Positions 61,317-64,000 of a stretch of DNA of 64,000 bases are shown here, piece by piece (within the stretch, counting starts at the first letter, position 1; every line of letters starts with the position of its first letter). Source of the DNA: an uncultured Chitinophagales bacterium (lineage in GTDB: Bacteria; Bacteroidota; Bacteroidia; Chitinophagales; JABDMM01). Where the stretch lies: contig CAXDOZ010000001.1 of the NCBI GenBank assembly GCA_963991145.1, positions 6,617 through 70,616 on the forward strand. The letters run 5' to 3'. The notes beneath the pieces were generated by a model. That model saw only the letters and a list, made by a program, of their open reading frames with translations. It was not told the origin of the DNA and ran no database searches. The position numbers and the translations under genes were made by a program.

Positions 61317-62030
61317 TTATCTGCTTCGAAGTTTTGCGAGTAGTCTTAGTATTTCGAGGTATAGCCAAATCAGGGTAACCATCAGGCCGAAGGCCGCATA
61401 CCACTCCATGTATTTTGGGGCTCCTGAGGCAGATCCTTTCTCGAAAAAATCAAAATCTAAGAGAAGATTGAAGGATGCGATTCCAACTACAACTACTGAG
61501 AAACCAATTCCAATCCAGCCATTGCTATGGATATATGGTATTGAGATCCCAAACAATCCAAGAACTAAAGTGATGATATAAACCAGAGCAATTGCTCCGG
61601 TAGCCATTATGATCCCCGCCCGAAGACCCGCTGTCACTTTAATTATTCTTGACTTATACAGGAACAACATTAAGAACAAAACACCCAGGGTTAACATAAC
61701 AGCCTGCATTACTATTCCGGGGAACATACTATTAAATAAGAAAGAGATCGCCCCCAGAAACAATCCTTCGAATACCGCATAAAGTGGAGCTGAAATATTT
61801 GAGTATTGGGGTTTCCAAATGGTGAACATTGCAGTTGCAAAACCTAAAATTGCCATTACCATAAGCAGGCCAGAGAAAGTATATGCATAAGTCCAACTTA
61901 TCATAGCACCACCAAGAACAATGAATGAGAGAATTATGGTCTTGTTTACACAGCCCTCAACCGTCACTACATCTCCTGCGATCTGTTCCTGTTTGATAAA
62001 AGTTTTTTCGTCTAGTACGGGGTTAGCCAT
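61317..62030 (-). CDS. Bax-inhibitor-1/YccA-like membrane protein
   Basis: 237 aa with N-terminal 'MANPVL', 7 hydrophobic segments and a basic tail 'LLAKLRSR'. Confidence 0.65.
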   Translation of the reverse strand: MANPVLDEKTFIKQEQIAGDVVTVEGCVNKTIILSFIVLGGAMISWTYAYTFSGLLMVMAILGFATAMFTIWKPQYSNISAPLYAVFEGLFLGAISFLFNSMFPGIVMQAVMLTLGVLFLMLFLYKSRIIKVTAGLRAGIIMATGAIALVYIITLVLGLFGISIPYIHSNGWIGIGFSVVVVGIASFNLLLDFDFFEKGSASGAPKYMEWYAAFGLMVTLIWLYLEILRLLAKLRSR

Positions 62031-62140
62031 TTTCTTAAGTTTTGATTAAAGATAAGTGTCGATGTGAAAAATCTAAATATGTTTTAGGGCTTTCAAAGCC
62101 TGTGGTTTTTTTCGTATCCTAGACATTAAAATAAAGATTA

Positions 62141-62974
62141 ATGGATAAGTATATAGAAATGATCAAGGAGGGAGCAGCCTTATATGCTCCAAAAGTGGTA
62201 ATCGCGATATTGATCCTGGTAGTTGGATTCTGGGTGATCAAAAGAATCGCTAAGTATGCCGATAAAGGAATGGCAGCCAGAGGAGTGGAAATTTCCCTTA
62301 GGAAGTTCTTAGATAGCCTCATTAATATTGGTCTTAAGCTATTACTCATTATTACAGCTGCAGGGGTTTTAGGTTTTCAAACAACATCATTTGTAGCAAT
62401 CCTGGGTGCAGCTTCTCTTGCTGTTGGTTTAGCTCTTCAGGGTAGTTTGAGCAATTTTGCCGGAGGAGTTTTGATCTTAATATTCAAACCATACAAGGTT
62501 GGAGATCTTATAGATGCTCAGGGGCAGTTTGGTGAGGTCAAGGAGATACAGATATTCAATACGATCATCTTAACACCTACACTTAAGACTGTGATCATTC
62601 CAAATGGATTAATCAGCAATGGTGTGATCACTAATGTGAGTGCAAAGGGAGAATTGAGAGTTGATCTAAGTATTGGAATTTCATACGATTCTGATATTCA
62701 GAAGGCTAAGGATATCTGCATGGAGGTGATGAAAAACCATGCTGCAGTTTTAGAATCACCTGCTCCTGAGGTACATGTAGAAACGCTTGCAGACAGTTCT
62801 GTAAATCTGGCCGTAAGGCCATATGCTACGCCTGCAAATTACTGGCATGCATACTTTGGAATAACGGAAGAGTGCAAGATCGCACTAGATAAGGCGGGGG
62901 TTGAAATTCCATTCCCTCAGAGAGATCTGAATATTAAAAGTCCACTTGGGAAGATGACAGATCTCCTTAAGTAA
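62141..62974 (+). CDS. Small-conductance mechanosensitive channel (MscS family)
   Basis: 277 aa with 3 N-terminal TM segments and the pore helix 'ILGAASLAVGLALQGSLSNFAGGVLILIFKPYKVGD', followed by a beta-domain. Confidence 0.88.
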   Translation: MDKYIEMIKEGAALYAPKVVIAILILVVGFWVIKRIAKYADKGMAARGVEISLRKFLDSLINIGLKLLLIITAAGVLGFQTTSFVAILGAASLAVGLALQGSLSNFAGGVLILIFKPYKVGDLIDAQGQFGEVKEIQIFNTIILTPTLKTVIIPNGLISNGVITNVSAKGELRVDLSIGISYDSDIQKAKDICMEVMKNHAAVLESPAPEVHVETLADSSVNLAVRPYATPANYWHAYFGITEECKIALDKAGVEIPFPQRDLNIKSPLGKMTDLLK

Positions 62975-62981
62975 TTGAAAC

Positions 62982-63020
62982 AAAAAACCCCGACCAATTG
63001 GACGGGGTTTTCTATTTTAT
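62982..63020. terminator. Bidirectional rho-independent terminator between convergent mscS and tsf
   Basis: A-tract 62982-62987; stem CCCCG (62988-62992) / CGGGG (63003-63007) extended by CC/GG (62994-95 / 63000-01) around an AATT loop; T-tract from 63008 ('ttttctatttt'). The reverse strand also reads hairpin plus 'tttttt'. Confidence 0.8.
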
Positions 63021-63032
63021 CTCAGATGAGAA

Positions 63033-63866
63033 TTAGTCAGCAAGACTAACTCTGCTGAAAGAATTAACGGTTAGTCCGTTATGTGATTCGTTCAATGCCT
63101 GAGCAACAGTTTTCTTAGCATCCTTTACGAAAGGTTGGTTAAGAAGCGTGTTCTCTTTCAAGAACTTGTTCACTGATCCTTCAGCGATCTTGTCTACGAT
63201 ATTTTCAGGTTTACCTTCAGCAAGAGCTTTTTCTCTTCCGATTGCCATTTCGCGATCGATAGTCTCTTGAGGAACCTGATCTTTATCAACTGCTACCGGA
63301 TTCATTGCAGCTACTTGCATAGCAACATCTCTTCCGATCTCATTAACACCGTTCTCAACTGCAGCGTTTACTTCAACAAGAACACCGATTCTATATCCAG
63401 CGTGGATATAAGGTACGATGCCTGCTCCTGTAATGTACTCGTATTTAGAAAGGCTAACGTTTTCACCGATTGCAGCGATTTTCTCAGCCATGATATCCTT
63501 AATAACTGTACCGTCAAGTTCAGCTTCCATAAGGCTATCAAGATCTTTGATATCATTTGCAAGAGCCATGTCAGCAACAGACTGGGCGAAATCGATGAAT
63601 TCCTGGTTCTTCGCAACGAAGTCAGTTTCGCAGCTTAGACGAAGGATAATTCCTTTGGTAGCATCCTCGTTAGTTTGAGCGATAACAACACCTTCATTGG
63701 CGTCGCGACCAGCACGTAGCTCAGCTACCTTTGCTCCTTTCTTTCGAAGAAGGTCGATAGCAGCTTCGAGATCCCCATTTGTTTCGGTTAGGGCTTTTTT
63801 ACAGTCCATCAAACCTGCACCAGTTTTTTTGCGCAGCTCATTGACTTCTTTAGCACTAATAGCCAT
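63033..63866 (-). CDS. tsf: Translation elongation factor Ts
   Basis: 277 aa with the UBA-like N-terminus 'ISAKEVNELRKKTGAGLMDCKKALTETNGDLEAAIDLLRKKG', plus 'LSCETDFVAKN'. Confidence 0.97.
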   Translation of the reverse strand: MAISAKEVNELRKKTGAGLMDCKKALTETNGDLEAAIDLLRKKGAKVAELRAGRDANEGVVIAQTNEDATKGIILRLSCETDFVAKNQEFIDFAQSVADMALANDIKDLDSLMEAELDGTVIKDIMAEKIAAIGENVSLSKYEYITGAGIVPYIHAGYRIGVLVEVNAAVENGVNEIGRDVAMQVAAMNPVAVDKDQVPQETIDREMAIGREKALAEGKPENIVDKIAEGSVNKFLKENTLLNQPFVKDAKKTVAQALNESHNGLTVNSFSRVSLAD

Positions 63867-63962
63867 GATTAATTCCTTATTTGGTTTTTAAATGAATTGT
63901 CAAATTAAAAAAATTGGGAAGCCGAAATCGACGTTCCCAATTTGATTACAGTTTAATAAGAA

Positions 63963-64000
63963 TTAGGTCTTCTTATTTTTTTGTTTTGCGAACGACTTTC
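63963..64000 (-). CDS. rpsB: Probable 3' end of 30S ribosomal protein S2 gene (only the last 12 codons are in the window)
   Basis: The minus strand reads '..KSFAKQKNKKT*' with stop TAA at 63965-63963. The call rests mainly on the conserved rpsB-tsf order. The sequence evidence alone is minimal. Confidence 0.35.
   Translation of the reverse strand, partial: KSFAKQKNKKT

Noticed and set aside
62088-62112. Plus-strand hairpin 'GGCTT-TCA-AAGCC' followed by a T7 run, 28 nt upstream of the mscS start (possible attenuator or terminator).
   Set aside because: The stem is only 5 bp with a 3-nt loop, and the T-run is 5 nt away. No plus-strand gene lies upstream for it to terminate. The evidence is too weak for a regulatory call.
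1-64000. Signs that the glycan locus is a mobile island: tRNA, integrase, transposase, flanking direct repeats, or CRISPR arrays.
   Set aside because: None was found by eye. The intergenic regions are all 145 nt or shorter. The flanks are housekeeping genes (mreBCD/purHN and tsf/rpsB). A compositional analysis (GC, codon usage) would be needed to test for foreign origin, and I could not compute it reliably.

Overview
This is a 64-kb chromosomal window from a Bacteroidota-like genome. Supporting signs are a T9SS C-terminal sorting domain, TAnnTTTG-type -7 boxes, an absence of Shine-Dalgarno sequences, and purN-purH-mreBCD synteny. I saw no tRNA, rRNA, CRISPR array, transposase or integrase. 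The left flank (1-4631, minus strand) carries mreD(partial)-mreC-mreB-purH-purN. The right flank (58.4-64 kb) carries a DUF1295/ALDH8-like/RidA operon, a BI-1-like membrane protein, an MscS channel, tsf and the tail of rpsB. The centre (about 4.7-58.4 kb) is one very large surface-glycan locus. It begins with a WecE-like aminotransferase and an 1885-aa T9SS-secreted LamG/PKD protein. That gene is transcribed divergently, across only 27 bp, from a run of 37 tightly packed plus-strand genes (11527-50254). One minus-strand membrane protein follows, then a second plus-strand block (51713-58446). The locus encodes these functions: Wzm/Wzt ABC exporter; four PAPS-type sulfotransferases; a LegB/LegC/NeuD-like amino-sugar module with a PIG-L deacetylase, a formyltransferase and a CBS-nucleotidyltransferase; about 11 glycosyltransferases, including exostosin-like and GT7C-like types; gmd-fcl plus a plant-type GDP-mannose 3,5-epimerase; a FemAB/VimA-like enzyme with a coupled unknown protein; a NodU-type carbamoyltransferase; an exosortase-like protein; WbpB/E/D with a 2-epimerase and an AsnB-type amidotransferase; two methyltransferases; Wza; a Wzc tyrosine kinase with a 19-tyrosine (YG)n tail; a WecA-like initiating transferase; and CrcB. 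No Wzx flippase is present. My main hypothesis is that the locus builds a sulfated, L-fucose/L-galactose-containing anionic glycan. It would include a Wbp/Vim-type aminoacyl-uronamide linking sugar that anchors T9SS cargo. The exosortase-like gene embedded in this module has no explained role. All functional calls come from motif and family recognition by eye and from recalled reference sequences. No database search was run.
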